64,000 nucleotides of DNA from the human T2T-CHM13v2.0 reference genome, Homo sapiens: assembly GCF_009914755.1 (NCBI RefSeq), contig NC_060935.1; one strand, 5' to 3'. The first letter of the stretch is position 1. Each line of letters begins with the position of its first letter. The notes below the pieces were generated by a model. That model did no database searches and was not told the origin of the DNA. It saw only the letters and a program-made list of their open reading frames with translations. A program made the translations under genes and the position numbers. Of this stretch, positions 27,585-40,400 are shown one piece after another.

Positions 27585-30184
27585 TAAAATACTAAGGCCT
27601 GAGCATTGATGTCCTCTTACTCCACCTCCACCCCACCCCGCTGTGGATCAGAGTAATTGTGAAGGGAGGGTGAGGGGCAGAGAAGCTGGAAAAATTGCCT
27701 CATTTAATATGGGAAAGGCTGCAGAGCTCATGGGAAGCAGGAAAAAGTACAGCAAGGGGAAGGTGCAGGCTGGGGTTGTGGGAGTGAAGAAGAGACTTGG
27801 GAGGGCACCTGCCATCCTCGGTGCCTGGGGGGGAGGGAGGACAGTCTCTAAGGTGTTTCTCCGTGTTATCTGTGAATATGTAAATTATAATATGTAACGA
27901 ATAGATAAATATAATAGTCCTTTTCTTGTGAATCTGCAGTGAACATTTGAATGAAATTTCAAGCGACTTCTGGATGTTGTTTTTTGGTTTGTGGCTCATG
28001 TCTGGAGGGGCTATGCACTGGCTTGACTTTCAAGGATTAACTTGTGTGCATGTGTGTTCTCTACCTGTGTGCACATGTCTGCATGTGTGTGTTCACGTGC
28101 ACGTGGGAGGTTGTGTTCATGAAGGCGTGTGTGTGGAGGGAGGGAGGGAATACTCACAGCCCAGCCCAAGACTGTGAGCATGGCTCCTCCCTCAGGAGGT
28201 GAGTGGGATGGTCTCAGGGGAACCAGAAGCTATGAATCAGGAAAAGCTTCCCCAACCTCCACTTTTGGGGAATGGGTGTTTGTATGGGCAGAACAGGATG
28301 TGGGGCGACACTCCCAGGGGCAGAAAACGCAAAGGGGTGAGGGAGAGACACAGAGAACAGAGCGGGAAGGAGCCAGGCCAGGGAGTGCTAGTTCTTGGCT
28401 AGTTCTTGGGGTGAGGGTGGGAGCACCCTGGAAGTGTGCCCAGTGGGGCTGTCCCTGCCCCTCCCCACCTCCCTGGAATGTGTGTTGCCGAGGACCTCTG
28501 GGAAAATACAGCAATGCACATGGGGAAAGCCCTGAGCCTGGGGCCGAGAAACTGGCGTCGCCTCCTGGCTCTGCACACACTCACTGGCTGTGCGACCTTG
28601 GGCAAGTTGCTCGGCCCCTCTGAGCCCAGGTTCCTCATAGTGACACTGCCCTTCGGGAAGCCAGGAGGACAGGGTGGGCTGGTGGGTGGGAAAGTGCTGA
28701 GTGTGTGGGGGCCTGGGTTTCTTGCTGTAACCATCATCCCTATGACGCTGCCCTGGGATCTCAGGGAATTCTGGATCTGGTGTTGAGGACAATGGGGTGG
28801 CCAGTTATGTGTGAATATATACCTGTAAGATCATCTAAAAAATCCTTGCAACATTCCTTGTATTTAATCTTTCCGATTTTGACAAAGTCAGCTTAACTCT
28901 TTTAGGAGGCCAGTCGGGGTGCCAGCCCAAATGTCCAGCCTGGATGTATGTCCAGACACACTGTGATGGCTCCTCCAGATCCCCGGAGTGACTGAAGGCT
29001 ATGCCAGCTGCTAGTTGCTGTTTTTGATGTCAACTTTAAAAGCCTGGCCTTGGTGTCCAGGGAAGTGCTATAAGAGAGTCGGGAGAGAATGGCGTAGAAA
29101 AAAAGAGATAGGAAGGAGCAAGGAAGGCGGTAGCAGTAACGTCAGACCCAACTCTCTTGCATCTCGTCCTCTTCAGGCCAGACACCATGGCCAGTGTCCT
29201 CACCCTTGGAATCTCATTGAATGCGCAAAACCACTCCTGAAAGCAGGCATCCATCGCCACCTACAGATGAGGGCACTGAGCAGTAATGGTGCCGCCATGT
29301 GGCTGGACTCAATGCCTTCTGTCTCCCGTATGGTCCTGGCCCCAGATAATAATTTTATGTTGATGAGGAAATTGATGACTTGTCTCATTCTTTGCAAACA
29401 TAAGTCGTGCCCCAGTTCACATCACTGAATGTACTTGTTCAATTTTGTTTTTCTGGTGACGCTGATGGATGCAAACCCTTTTGACCCTATGAGGGTCACA
29501 GACAAGACAAGCCCCTGGGCCTCCGAGTGGACGATTCCCATCACCGCCTCCTTGCGGGGGTGTGGAGGATGTTACTGCTATTGCCTGCCTTGCTCCCTCC
29601 TGTCTTTTTTTCTACACGGTTCCCTCCCCACTCTCTTATTGCACTTCTCCTCTGGACCCTCCCTCTCCCCCACTTTCCCTCCCTGCCCCTTCACCCTGGC
29701 CTGGCCCCTTCCCCTCCTCTCCCCCAGGCCCAGAGCCAGAGCCTCGGCCAGGATGAAAGCCGCTGGCCAGGCCCATAAATCAGCCGGCAGGTGCTCCTTA
29801 ACCTTCCCTATTAACCTCTCACACTGGCAGGCATTAGGTGTTATACTTGGCTGCCATAAATTACTCGCCAATGAATTTATGAGCACTTACTCCTTAGGGG
29901 CGTGCTTTTGCATCCTCCTCTCACTCTCCTTCTGGGCTTCCAGAGATCAAGCCCGTGCTCTTGGCAGTGCCTGGTTCCAGCCAGAGACTCCCCGTTTGGC
30001 ACTCTATGTGGGACCCCCTGTTATAGACACTAACTAGAAGGCAGAGGGGCTTTAGGGGAGGGGCAGGGTCAGAGTTAAGTCACCTCTTAACTCAGCTAGC
30101 CAATATTCCCCTCTCCAGAGGCCATTACCTGGAGCTTCTGTGCATTTACCTCCACAGGTAAACTGATCCTGAATGGTAATATCA

Positions 30185-30328
30185 AAATAACTAATGGGCA
30201 CTAGGCTTAATACCTGGGTGGCCACATAATCTGTACAACAAACCCCCATGACACAAGTTTACCTGTATAACAAACATGCACATGTACCCCTGAACTGAAA
30301 ATAAAAGTTAAATAAATCATTTAAAAAC
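30185..30328 (+). mobile_element. 5'-truncated primate L1 (L1PA/L1P) 3' end
   Basis: ctaggcttaatacctgggtg...tgtacaacaaacccccatgacacaagtttacctgtataacaaacatgcacatgtacccctgaactgaaaataaaagtt; possible TSD gtaatatc (30176-30183 / 30331-30338). Confidence 0.88.
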
Positions 30329-31721
30329 ACAGTAATATCTGACACCATTTATTGTGCCAGGCACACATTTGCTCACTGCCTCAAATTATTCCAAAAGCTC
30401 TGGATAGGAGTCATCACCCATCTCACAGACATGGAAATGGAGGCCCAGGTGAGTGATCAGACATGATTGAGGCTCCCGGGCAGATGGTGATAATAGCTAC
30501 CTTCTCCTTTCTTCCTGGCCACAATCTGGGAAGAAAGGGAGGGACCACTATATAGATGAGAAAACGGAAGCCCAAGTCACACAGCTCCCAAGGGCCAGAG
30601 CTGGGAACCTCTGGTGTGGAGAGCTGGTGGCTCAATTAACTAACTTAAAAAATCTAATTCTGCAAAAACAATTCCACATACGGCAACCACAGTAACTCTG
30701 TGAACCAGAATATGTGTCTCATTCCCCAGGCAGGTTGCAAGTCAGTTCACCGTAATAACCACTGTTGTAGGATAGTGAAGGTGATGATGATGAAGCCTCA
30801 CACATGAGGGATGTTACCACGTAACTGTTAGGTGCCAGGCATTATATGTGCAGAAACTTGCCAAATTCTCACCACAGTGTGAGGCTGGTACTGTTGTTGT
30901 GCCCATTTAACAAAAGAGGAAACTGAGGCTAAGAGAAGTCAAAGTCACCCAAGCTAGTAAGTGCCAGGCTCAGGAGGCAGGCGTTAGCAGTCAGCTCCGG
31001 ACACCCACCCTTCATTGCTGTGGTAGTGACATTGATAACAAATTCGACCAGACCATGGGTAATTAGAGCAAAAGGAGTGGAACAGGCACCTCCAGGGGCC
31101 AAGGGCTGTGAGGCACCTGTGGGGGACCCCCAGGAAAGTCCTTTGGGGGCTACCCAGGGGATGAAGCCTGCCTGGCTTTCTCTCCTTGGCTTTTCCTAGG
31201 CAGCAGCAGTGGCCAGAGCTGTAAGCTTTCCCTAGGTGAGCCCAAGCCCACTTGGGGCGTCAGGCCAAGTGCCAGCTGTGACTCCAGCTCCTAGATCTGT
31301 GAGGTTTTCCCTGCAGCTTCCTGGGTGTGGCCCTAGGGAGAGGGGAGCAGGTGTGTGTGAAGAGGGAGCTGGCTTCAGGGGACCTGCAGGGACCACAGGC
31401 TGAGGCTGGTGCAGGGGCAGAAGTCTCAGAGGATGCCTCCAGGTCAGCTACCACCAAGGGTCCTATGCCTCCTCTCTGCCCCGCTGCCAGAGCTTTGGTG
31501 TGTGTAAGTATCCCCCTGTGCAGCGGGGACACAGCTCCAAGGAAGGGTAGCCTGTGGCTTGTGCTCCTCTAGACTATGCATAACCCTGACCTAGAGGGAG
31601 GGACAGGTAGAGGGCACTGCTGCTGCCCCTAACCTTGAAACGGAGGACTTGGGCCCAGGACCCACTGGGAAGCACAGGAGTGTGGGATTATATTATATTA
31701 TTATGTGAGTTCAGCTCCCAG

Positions 31722-32145
31722 CTGTACGGGGTTGAATAATGTTCCCCCAAACTCATGTCTACCTGGAACTTTCAAAGGTGGCCTTATTTGGAAATAGAGT
31801 CTTTGCTGCAGATGTAACTCATTAAGACGAGGTCCTGCTGGATTAGAGTGGGCTGTAATCCAGCGACTGGTCTCCTTATAAGAAGGGGAGAACGTGGACA
31901 CAGACGTGCGGGGGAGATGAGAGCCTGGGGTGGTAGATCAACAAGCCGAGGCACGTCAAGGTCTGCTGGCAAACACCAGAAGCTAGAAGGAGCAGGGAAG
32001 GATTCTTCCCTTCGAGTCTTTGGAGAGAGAACATTGACCCCTTGATTTGGACTCCTGGCCTCCAGAACTGTGGGAGAACAAGTTCTGTTGTTTCAAGCCA
32101 CCCAGTTGAGTACGTTGTTATGGCAGACCTGGGCAATGAGTAAAC
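31722..32145 (+). mobile_element. MaLR solo LTR (MLT1-type)
   Basis: tgtacggggttgaataatgttccccc...ccttatttggaaatagagtctttgc...ggcctccagaactgtgggagaac...ttgttatggcagacct. Confidence 0.88.
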
Positions 32146-33070
32146 AGGCTCCCTTCCCTATGTGCTGATTTCCCGTGGGTAGGTCACTAGCTTCTCCAAG
32201 CCTCAGTTCCTTGTCTTGCAGTAAGGATGATAAAACCTGGTTCACAGGGTATTGTGAAGATTAAATGAAACGATGTATACAAACATGAAGCGGTTCAGTA
32301 AATGGCAGTGGAATTTGACTCCACTGTTTAACTACAGTCATTCTTTAGAGATGGGCTCACCGTTGCTTACGGAGAGACTGACAGCTCCCCTATTATTTTT
32401 TTATGGTTGATTTTGGAAATTCTAAGTTTGTGGTTTGGTTAAAAGTTGATCATAATTATTTAATCTATGTGATACTTTATTAAAAGTATCACAAGTTTTG
32501 TATTCAGCACTTTCACGAAAAGGAAAAAAATACCAGTCATATATTTCACTCTGTGCACACACAGATTACATGCTTGTACCAACTGAATGAACAGTTAGTT
32601 TATACCAGATGCCAGCTGACTGCCTGATGCCAACTGGAAATAAAGTTATATATGTGTATACACTCATATAAACTGATCTCTAACCTTGTATATAAAACCA
32701 TATGTGTCTCTCTGTGCACATTGCATCCTGATATATTCACAACAGATGCATAAGTATATATCTCTTCAGCAGTTCCATCCAGAAAATATTTATTCAGCAT
32801 TCACTCTATCTGGGGCATGTGTGTGTACACGTGCGTGTACAGATACAGAGGATTATGAGTTTGTCCATAAATAATATATGCACCTAGCTGATTACACCAG
32901 AAGCCAACCAAAGTCTAGAGGTAGGGATGTGAGCATTGCTGTTGGAAAACAGTATACTCCACATGTCCTGGTTGGGAAATGGGCCAAGGCCTGGAAGTTA
33001 ACACAGCTCCCAAATGAGAGACGAGGCAGCATGGGGCAGATTTGGGGGCACAGGAGGAAGGCCTTGCGAC

Positions 33071-33365
33071 TTTCTTTTCTTTTCTTTTCTTTTCTTTTGA
33101 GACAAGATATCACTCTATCACCCAGGCTAGAGTGCTCACTGAAACCTCGGCCTCCCAGGCTCAACCCACCCTCTCACCTCAGCCTCCCAAGTAGCTGGGA
33201 CTCCAGGCATGCAACAACAAACCCAGCTACTATTTTTGTTTTTTTTTGTAGAGTTGAGGTTTTGTTATGTTGCCCAGGCTGGTCTTGAACCTGTGAGCTC
33301 AATCGATCCACCTGCCTCGGCCTCCCAAGGTACTGGGATTACAGGAGTGAGCCACCACGCCTGGC
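33071..33365 (-). mobile_element. Alu (AluJ-like, diverged)
   Basis: (TTTTC)n tail followed by a diverged Alu dimer (cctcccaggctcaaccc..., gttgcccaggctggtcttgaac). Confidence 0.9.
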
Positions 33366-34460
33366 TGGCCTTGGGTCTATACCATGGGAATGGGGTCAGG
33401 CTTGGGGCTACCATCTCTTCAAGTCAGTTGTACCCAGACTGTCACTGTCTCCATCTTTATGGGGATATCAAATGAAATGGCTTTCAGGAAGAGTAGCATC
33501 TGGGCTCCTCTGCCACTGTCCCTGCCTCCCACACTCAGAAGCACCTCCTGGACAGGTAGACCGAATGCCTTGAGGCCTCCCACTATTCCTTCTACTCCCA
33601 CCTCCTCCTTCATGTCTCTTCTGTTCAGGATGGGGCCAGACCGGGCTAGCTAAGGCAGTCAGGGCACCCTGGAGGGTGGGAGGGGCTGGACTTTATTCTT
33701 TCCCTCACAACTAAAGTAATGTATACATCCCCTGACTTTCACACTAGACTCCAAAGGGGGGCTGTTGGGTCTTGTTGGCTTTTCTAACCCCGGAACCCAG
33801 CACAGAGCCAGCCCCATAGGACGCTCTTAATAGACTATTGGAATACAGAGGCTTAGACAGGTGAAAGGACTTGTCCAAGGTTAGCCAGGCGGTGGAGTGG
33901 GGTTTGTGTGCACACACCCCCTATTCAGAGCAGACTCACTATTGAAGAAATAAAGCAGCTCCCGTTGCCTTACATCCCATGTGCCCACCAGAACATGGGA
34001 TCCAGAGCCCGCCCCGTCTCTCAGTTCCACACCTGGATTCCCAAAAATCAGTGCAGTAACCACACACAGTAGGCACTCAGCCAGCGTTTGCTGCTAAATT
34101 GTTGCTAAGTCAGCCAGTGTTTGTTGCTAATGACTTAGGGGCCTGAGTACAGAGCTCTGGGTGTTGGGACTGCAGGGGCTCAGAGCAACAGGATTTTTGC
34201 CCTGGGAAATGGAGAATCCTCACGCTAAGGCACCGGAACCAAAGAGGGGTCTCCAGGGAGAAGGAAGGTCTGAAATCAGCAAGAGTCTGCTGTGGTTGGT
34301 AAACTAAAAATGAGTGGGATTTGGCTATGACAAAGAAAGACACCCCTGATAATAACCACACATTTTAAAAAGGATGAAAGCCTAAACACAGCAATTGATT
34401 TTAAGTATGGAAGGGCTGCTAAGGTTTGGGGATGAAAAGGAAAGGGAACAATTTTTCTTT

Positions 34461-34686
34461 TTTTAAAAAAATTTTATTTTTTAAGTTTCAGGGTCCTTGT
34501 GTAGGATGTGCAGGTTTGTTACACAGGTAAATGTGTGCCATGGTGGTTTGCTGCACCTATCAACCCATCACCTAGGTATTAAGCCCAGCATGCATTAGCT
34601 ATTTTTCCTAATGCTCTCCGCCCCAACCCTCCCCCAACAGGCCCCAGTATGTGTTGTTCCCCTCCCCGTGTCCATGTGCTCTCACT
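34461..34686 (-). mobile_element. 5'-truncated L1PA with 16-bp TSD
   Basis: gtgcaggtttgttacacaggtaaatgtgtgccatggtggtttgctgcacctatcaacccatcacctaggtattaagcccagcatgcattagct. TSD ggaacaatttttcttt at 34445-34460 and 34687-34702. Confidence 0.93.
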
Positions 34687-36399
34687 GGAACAATTTTTCT
34701 TTAAGCCTCTATGAAGACTGATCACTAGGTCCTGGACATACTTGATCCCATTTTAGACAGCTAGAATTATCTCTACTTAACAGATGAGGAAACCGAAGTT
34801 CACAGTGGTAAAGCAATTTGCTCAAGGTTACACAGCCAGGATGAGGCAACGCTGGTGTGACTCAACTCTTATCAGTGACCTTAGGGAAAATTGCTGCTGG
34901 TCTTGCTACTGAAACTGGTGTAATAGTTATTGTCTCCCTGCTCCTTATTTTTTTTCTGTAAGAATTTAGTTCTTCTTCAAGCAAAAAGGATAAGTTGGGG
35001 GCATTCAAAAATATATCCCCCGTCCCCCTACTGTCGGCACACCATCTAGGAAGGATGGCATGTGTTCTGGACGCTTCTAAGGGCCACATCAGAGACAACA
35101 TGGGCTTCGGGTGATGTGCGTCCCCTGACTCACTCTTCCTTGTCCTCTCAAAGAGAGCTCCCTGGATGCTGTTGTGAGTAAGAGGGATGGTTTGTAGGGG
35201 TGACTTCAGTTGGCATGAAAGCAAATTATTTGCAAACTTAGGTGCCAGATACATGAATTAACAAGCTTAAGGTGGGTCCCTCATCACTACTAACATAATT
35301 GACACACAGCTCAGAACAGACCCAGACAGGACATATAAGTGGACTGAGCCTGCGCCCCTGGGGCGGGGCGGGGCTGCCCCCAGGGAGTTCCCACTGATGT
35401 GTCTCCCCAGTCCCCCCATCCTAGCTTAGTGACTGGGGCTCTATGCAGCTAGCCTGCTTCTTAGTAGCTTAGCGACCTTGTAAGTAGCTGGGTATCCTTG
35501 GGCAAGGTACGTTGGCCCTCTCTGCCTCAGTTTCCTCTTCTGCTGGTAGTAGCAGTCCCTAATATAGTTGCTGTAATGCTTTAGACAAAGCCTATGAAGC
35601 ACTGTGTGCAGAGCCGGGCTTGGGAAGCATGAAATAAATGTCAGCTGGTACAGCAACAATTGCCATCTTTAACAGGGCAGCCTTTCTGGGGTGACGGAGG
35701 TGTGGGGAGCAGTGTGTCTGAGTGGTGTGTGCCACCTATGCCTCTGCTCTGGAAATACCAGGCCCAGGGGAGGTATCTGGAAATACCAGGCTCTGGAAAT
35801 ACCAGGCCCAGTGTCTGCCTTGCTGAGCCCTGCAGCAGAGACTTCTTCTCATGCACTCACACACTGCTTCCTCCAGTCTCTGTCCTTTGGGCTGGCTGCC
35901 TGTCTGTACCCTGGCAAGGGCAAAGAGGCCCAGCCAGGGGCCCCCTGGACCCAGGCAGCTCACCCGAAACAGGCCAAGGACTCGCTGTCCTGGGAGGGGG
36001 ACCAGCCCTCGGCTGCAGCTGCTCCTCCTGGGAGGGGCAGGCAGGAGCTCCCCACAGTCTCTCAGCACAGCTTGGGGTCAGTACCCAGAAGGGCATGACC
36101 TCAAAGACCTTCAGGGACCCCTCAGAGCTGCTCCTCCTGTTCCTCATTCTTCTGTAAATGAGCCAGGTCCTGGGGAAATGGGGCTCCAGCTGGAGGCCTG
36201 GTCCCCTGACCCCAATTACTTCTGGCTGGGGGTGGGGCAGTGGTTGTCCGTCCTCTTGAAGCTTCTCTCTTCCTTCCACCCCCATCCAGGGCCGCTTTTC
36301 CAGATTTTTCCCTTTCCCACACTCTTTCCCGAATGGTCCTTCACACACCCAGTTCTTCTTAAAGGGGCTCTAAGAAGAACACATTTTCTATGAACAGAA

Positions 36400-39300
36400 C
36401 AATGCCCTATTAATCTTACAAGGGATTTGAACTTGGCAACATTTCAGCCTTTGATTTAAATATCATTTTGGTAATGGGGAAGGATAAAGAAGGCTGACTC
36501 TTGGTAAGGAGTTTCCAATACCTTCTGAGCATGAGACGATTTTGAATATAAAATTAAACCCAACTCTCTCCTCCCTTTTCTCCCTTCCTCCCTCTCTCTC
36601 TCCCTCCTGCTTTCACTCACACAAAAGCTCACTTCCCACATACTTCATGGGGATATTTCAAGTTAAAGTTTTGTTTACCTTATAGAAAAGTTAATTAGTT
36701 CCTTTTGATCTCACAGGGAAAACCACACAGGAAATTTTTCTTCAGAAAGTGTACACACGAAGGCAGGCTTTACCCTCATAACCAGAGATATTCATTAAAA
36801 CAATTCGTTTCGATTTTTAATTTAAAGAAAACATTTTACATTTTCCCTATTTATTATTAAGAAAGTAGTTATCCCCAGGGCAGGGCGTTGAGGGAGTCGG
36901 AGGCAGTGTTTTCGCTGTGCTGGCAGCCAGCGTTGGGCAGTTCGTAATCCGTCCCTAGTTTGTTTTTTCTGCTTTGGATAACAAGAGACTTCTGCAGAGA
37001 GACAAACCTTCAAACATGCCAGATTTCAATCGCCAAAATATTAAAAATCCAGGGTTTTGGAGATTGAGGCTGTATGGTTTAAATAAAGATATTTAAGTTT
37101 TGAAATATAAATATTCGAGATCCTGAAAAAACATACCCATTGCATTAAAATCCGAAACAGGCAGCGGGTGAATCGCGGGGAGAAAATGTTTACTTTTTTG
37201 AGGTTTATCTAATGAAATACAATAAATAGTACATCGTGCTTTATTTTATCATTATTATTATTATTATTATTATTTTTTACCCCTAGAGATAGTTAAGTAA
37301 TACCTGGATTTGTACAATAAGCGGCTTAGCAAAAGTCTGGAAAGAGAAACGCTTGGATTTCCAAAATGTGATTTTCAATCTTAAGCACATTTTCCACATC
37401 TTGTGTTGTTATGGGGTAAGGGATGCCTGGGACTGCAAATTGTGGAATTCATTTCCAGCACGGATCAACCAAAAAAGAAAGAGCATGGCTTCACTGAGGT
37501 TGAAAGAATAAATTAAACGATATTGCTGACGGCGTAGCCAAAAGCTGTGGTCCCCATTACTGCGAGAAAAAAAAAAAATCATACAGATATGGTATGGACA
37601 AAAAGCCTGTGGAAAAGATGTTTTTACAAAAGAAAAGCCACAAAAACATAACAGCTCTAAAGAGTGGTGTTGACATCAGTATATAATTTTGAGGGTATTT
37701 TTGGGGTATGTATCCCTTTCCTGCCCCTGACACAAATATTTGGAGATTGGGACTGTCATTGTTGATAAAAATTAAATTGATGCCGCATACAAAAGATATA
37801 TAAAAAGCATGTTAACATATGGGGTGACTTTGATGATGTTCTGTACAGCAAAAGTATAAGAATCTGATGACATTTTATTGTCACCGATTCCTGTTTTAAT
37901 CTGCCCTGACCACTGCCTTTAAAAATAGAACTCTTAATATAGATTCCTTTCCTCAAAGTTTTCACCTGAAGATAAATTTTCCGGTTTAAATACACTCCAT
38001 TCTCCTTTTTAATTTTTCTTTCTTTTTTATTTTTGGTAAATGGTGAAGGCATGTGACAATCCATTTGTGAAGTTGGAAACAAATACAGATATTTTGAAGA
38101 AGGGTTTTAAAATGCTGACTGGAGGAGCCGATCCCTGCAAATGAACAGCCCCAGGGAAACTGGTTATTAGTACGAGTTTCCATAGTCTTTCCGTTCAAAT
38201 GCAGAGCCCCAAAAGCTTTTTAAAACTGTCCTTCTATAACACATTTATTTTCATTTCCTCCCTAAGATACCTTTGATATTTTCTTCTAAAGAAGTATTTA
38301 TGCTTTTTAGAGTTGAAAATGCTGTTTTTTTCTTCTTTTTTTTCCCTTGAGGGAAACAATTTAATGTGGAGTTTAAGGGGAAGAGAAACTCATTTAACAA
38401 AATGGATAGAAAACAGAAGTTTCAAATGGATACCCAATTCCCTCTTTGGATTTGCCAAATAATTACTAAAAATCAAATACTTCCCATAAGACGATGGATG
38501 CAATTCCTCCCAGATAAATAGGCATCTATTTCCACTTTTATCCAAACAAACAATTTTGTCTGTGGCTAGAAGTTTTGCAGACTGGGGTCCCTCACATCCT
38601 AAGTGCTCGCCATGGGGAACCTTCAGATTACAATAGGTATATAATATATGTGTATAAAATTGTCCTTTCCATGAAGAGGAAAACAGGGGAATTCCCACAA
38701 ACTCCGAGTTCTTTCTTTAGGAGAGCAGTGGGCTAGGAGAGACTTGGGGCTCTGGGTCAACGCTTTATTGGCCTGAAGGCAAGAGTGAAGTGGGAGAAAG
38801 GAGCTTCCAGAAAGATATAATCTGAAAGGAGAAAACGCTGGCAGAGTGATAAAAAGAACAAGACAAGTAAACATTTTTCTAGTGCGCTTCCAAGTGAAAA
38901 TCCACGAAACTACTACCCAGTTAGAGAAAGATAAAACAAAATTCATCCCTACCTTAGTCAGTTGAAAAGTAATGGGGAACTTGCTTCCAAAGTGGTTGTG
39001 ACCTGTACAGGCTACACAGTGCTTCTTACCTTAAATCTATACGTTTTGAACAAAAACAGCTTGGAGCAATTCTCTCCAAACAACCCCAAATGTTAACCAT
39101 TCCATCTCAAGATCAGGTTTCTCCTTCAGCCTACGGTGATATCAGTTGGATTTTCTTTTCTTTTTCTGTTTTTTTTTTTTTTAATATGTATGCTTATGTT
39201 TCCAAGCCTGAAACATACTTTTCTCATCTTTGTTAATGCTCCTTCTGGCTGGTGGATGGGATAGGAGTTGTCAGGAGCCCCTCTCTTCAGGACAATTAGC

Positions 39301-40400
39301 CCCCTACTTGATCATTTTAAGATGGAATGATTTGTTGTGGTCACTGAGTGAGGGCTTACTGCTGCTCTCCTTTAATATTGTTGCAGATACGTAAAGTTTA
39401 CTGCGTGCTGTAAATATGTCAGCTTTTGCCAGGGAGTTTGCTAATAAAGAACTTTGAGGTATTATTGATGGAAAAGATAATGTTTTCAATAAGACTTGCA
39501 GGGGCTGAGGTTCGAGACATTCCACACCCAGCAAAGTGCAGGCGTTTAAAACAGACGCCGACCCTCTGGCTGTGGTGCTGCCAGCGCTGGGTCTGACAGC
39601 CACAGGCCAGGCAGCTGCCCGTCGCTCCGTGGTCACCGTGCCTCCATTTCCAGCACTATTTGAATTGCCCAACTGGTTTTAAGAACTCTGTCCTTTTTCA
39701 AATGGTTTTCCTGACCATCAGTAACAGCTGAGCTTATCAGAGAGCCACAAGAGACCGTTTTCCCAGTATGATGGCTTTGGATTTACAAGTTGAGCCGTGG
39801 ATAGGAGAGAAAAAGAAATCGATCATTTACAGTGGAATCTCATATTTCTGTTTTGAAAGGCAAAATTGGATTCATTTTTTCCACCTTTATCTTCATTTGT
39901 GGATTATTCTTCTGCCTTCCTCCCTTACAAGGAAAAAAAAAAGAAATTACAGAAAAGTTGGTTTTCATCTGCCATGTGGCCAGGGTTCCACAAATACAGT
40001 CACTTGCTCTTGGTTTTTTTGTCACATCACCCCACATGACAGTTTCATCTGGTGCTAATGTGGCTGTCACATGTGTTGGCTCTAAGAATTCCATGCTCAC
40101 TCACCATTAATCAAATGCATCATTATGAATTGTGTATGCATTTTAGAGTAGACCTGAGCCCCGGCTCGAGAGAAAAGTACTTTTTTGCGTTCATGTTCAG
40201 CAACAAAATTCACGTCTGCTGTGAAGATGAATGGCAAGGCCAAAGTGGCATTCTCTGTGTTTGCCTAGCCCAGAAATCAACAACTCTAAATGACAGGTTG
40301 GTAAGCAATGCTCAGGTAGCATTCGTTTTTCTGGATAATTATTGTGAGCACTTATGTGCCAACAAAAGCACCCCCAGCTAACTGAAGCTGGTGTGAGAGA
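36400..40400. promoter_or_regulatory. Repeat-free AT-rich block, candidate distal enhancer cluster
   Basis: About 4 kb with no recognisable interspersed repeat. Composition shifts abruptly from the GC-rich flanks, CpGs are retained, and TAAT/TCF/FOX/TGACA motifs are frequent. Function is inferred. Confidence 0.55.
37251..37274. repeat. (ATT)8 microsatellite
   Basis: Direct count. Confidence 0.9.

Noticed and set aside
29429-30037. 202-aa ATG-initiated ORF
   Set aside because: No recognisable homology; crosses a pyrimidine-rich low-complexity stretch; length is attainable by chance.
39304-39672. 122-aa minus-strand ORF within the AT-rich block
   Set aside because: TTG start and no recognisable similarity; PhyloCSF would be needed to revive it.
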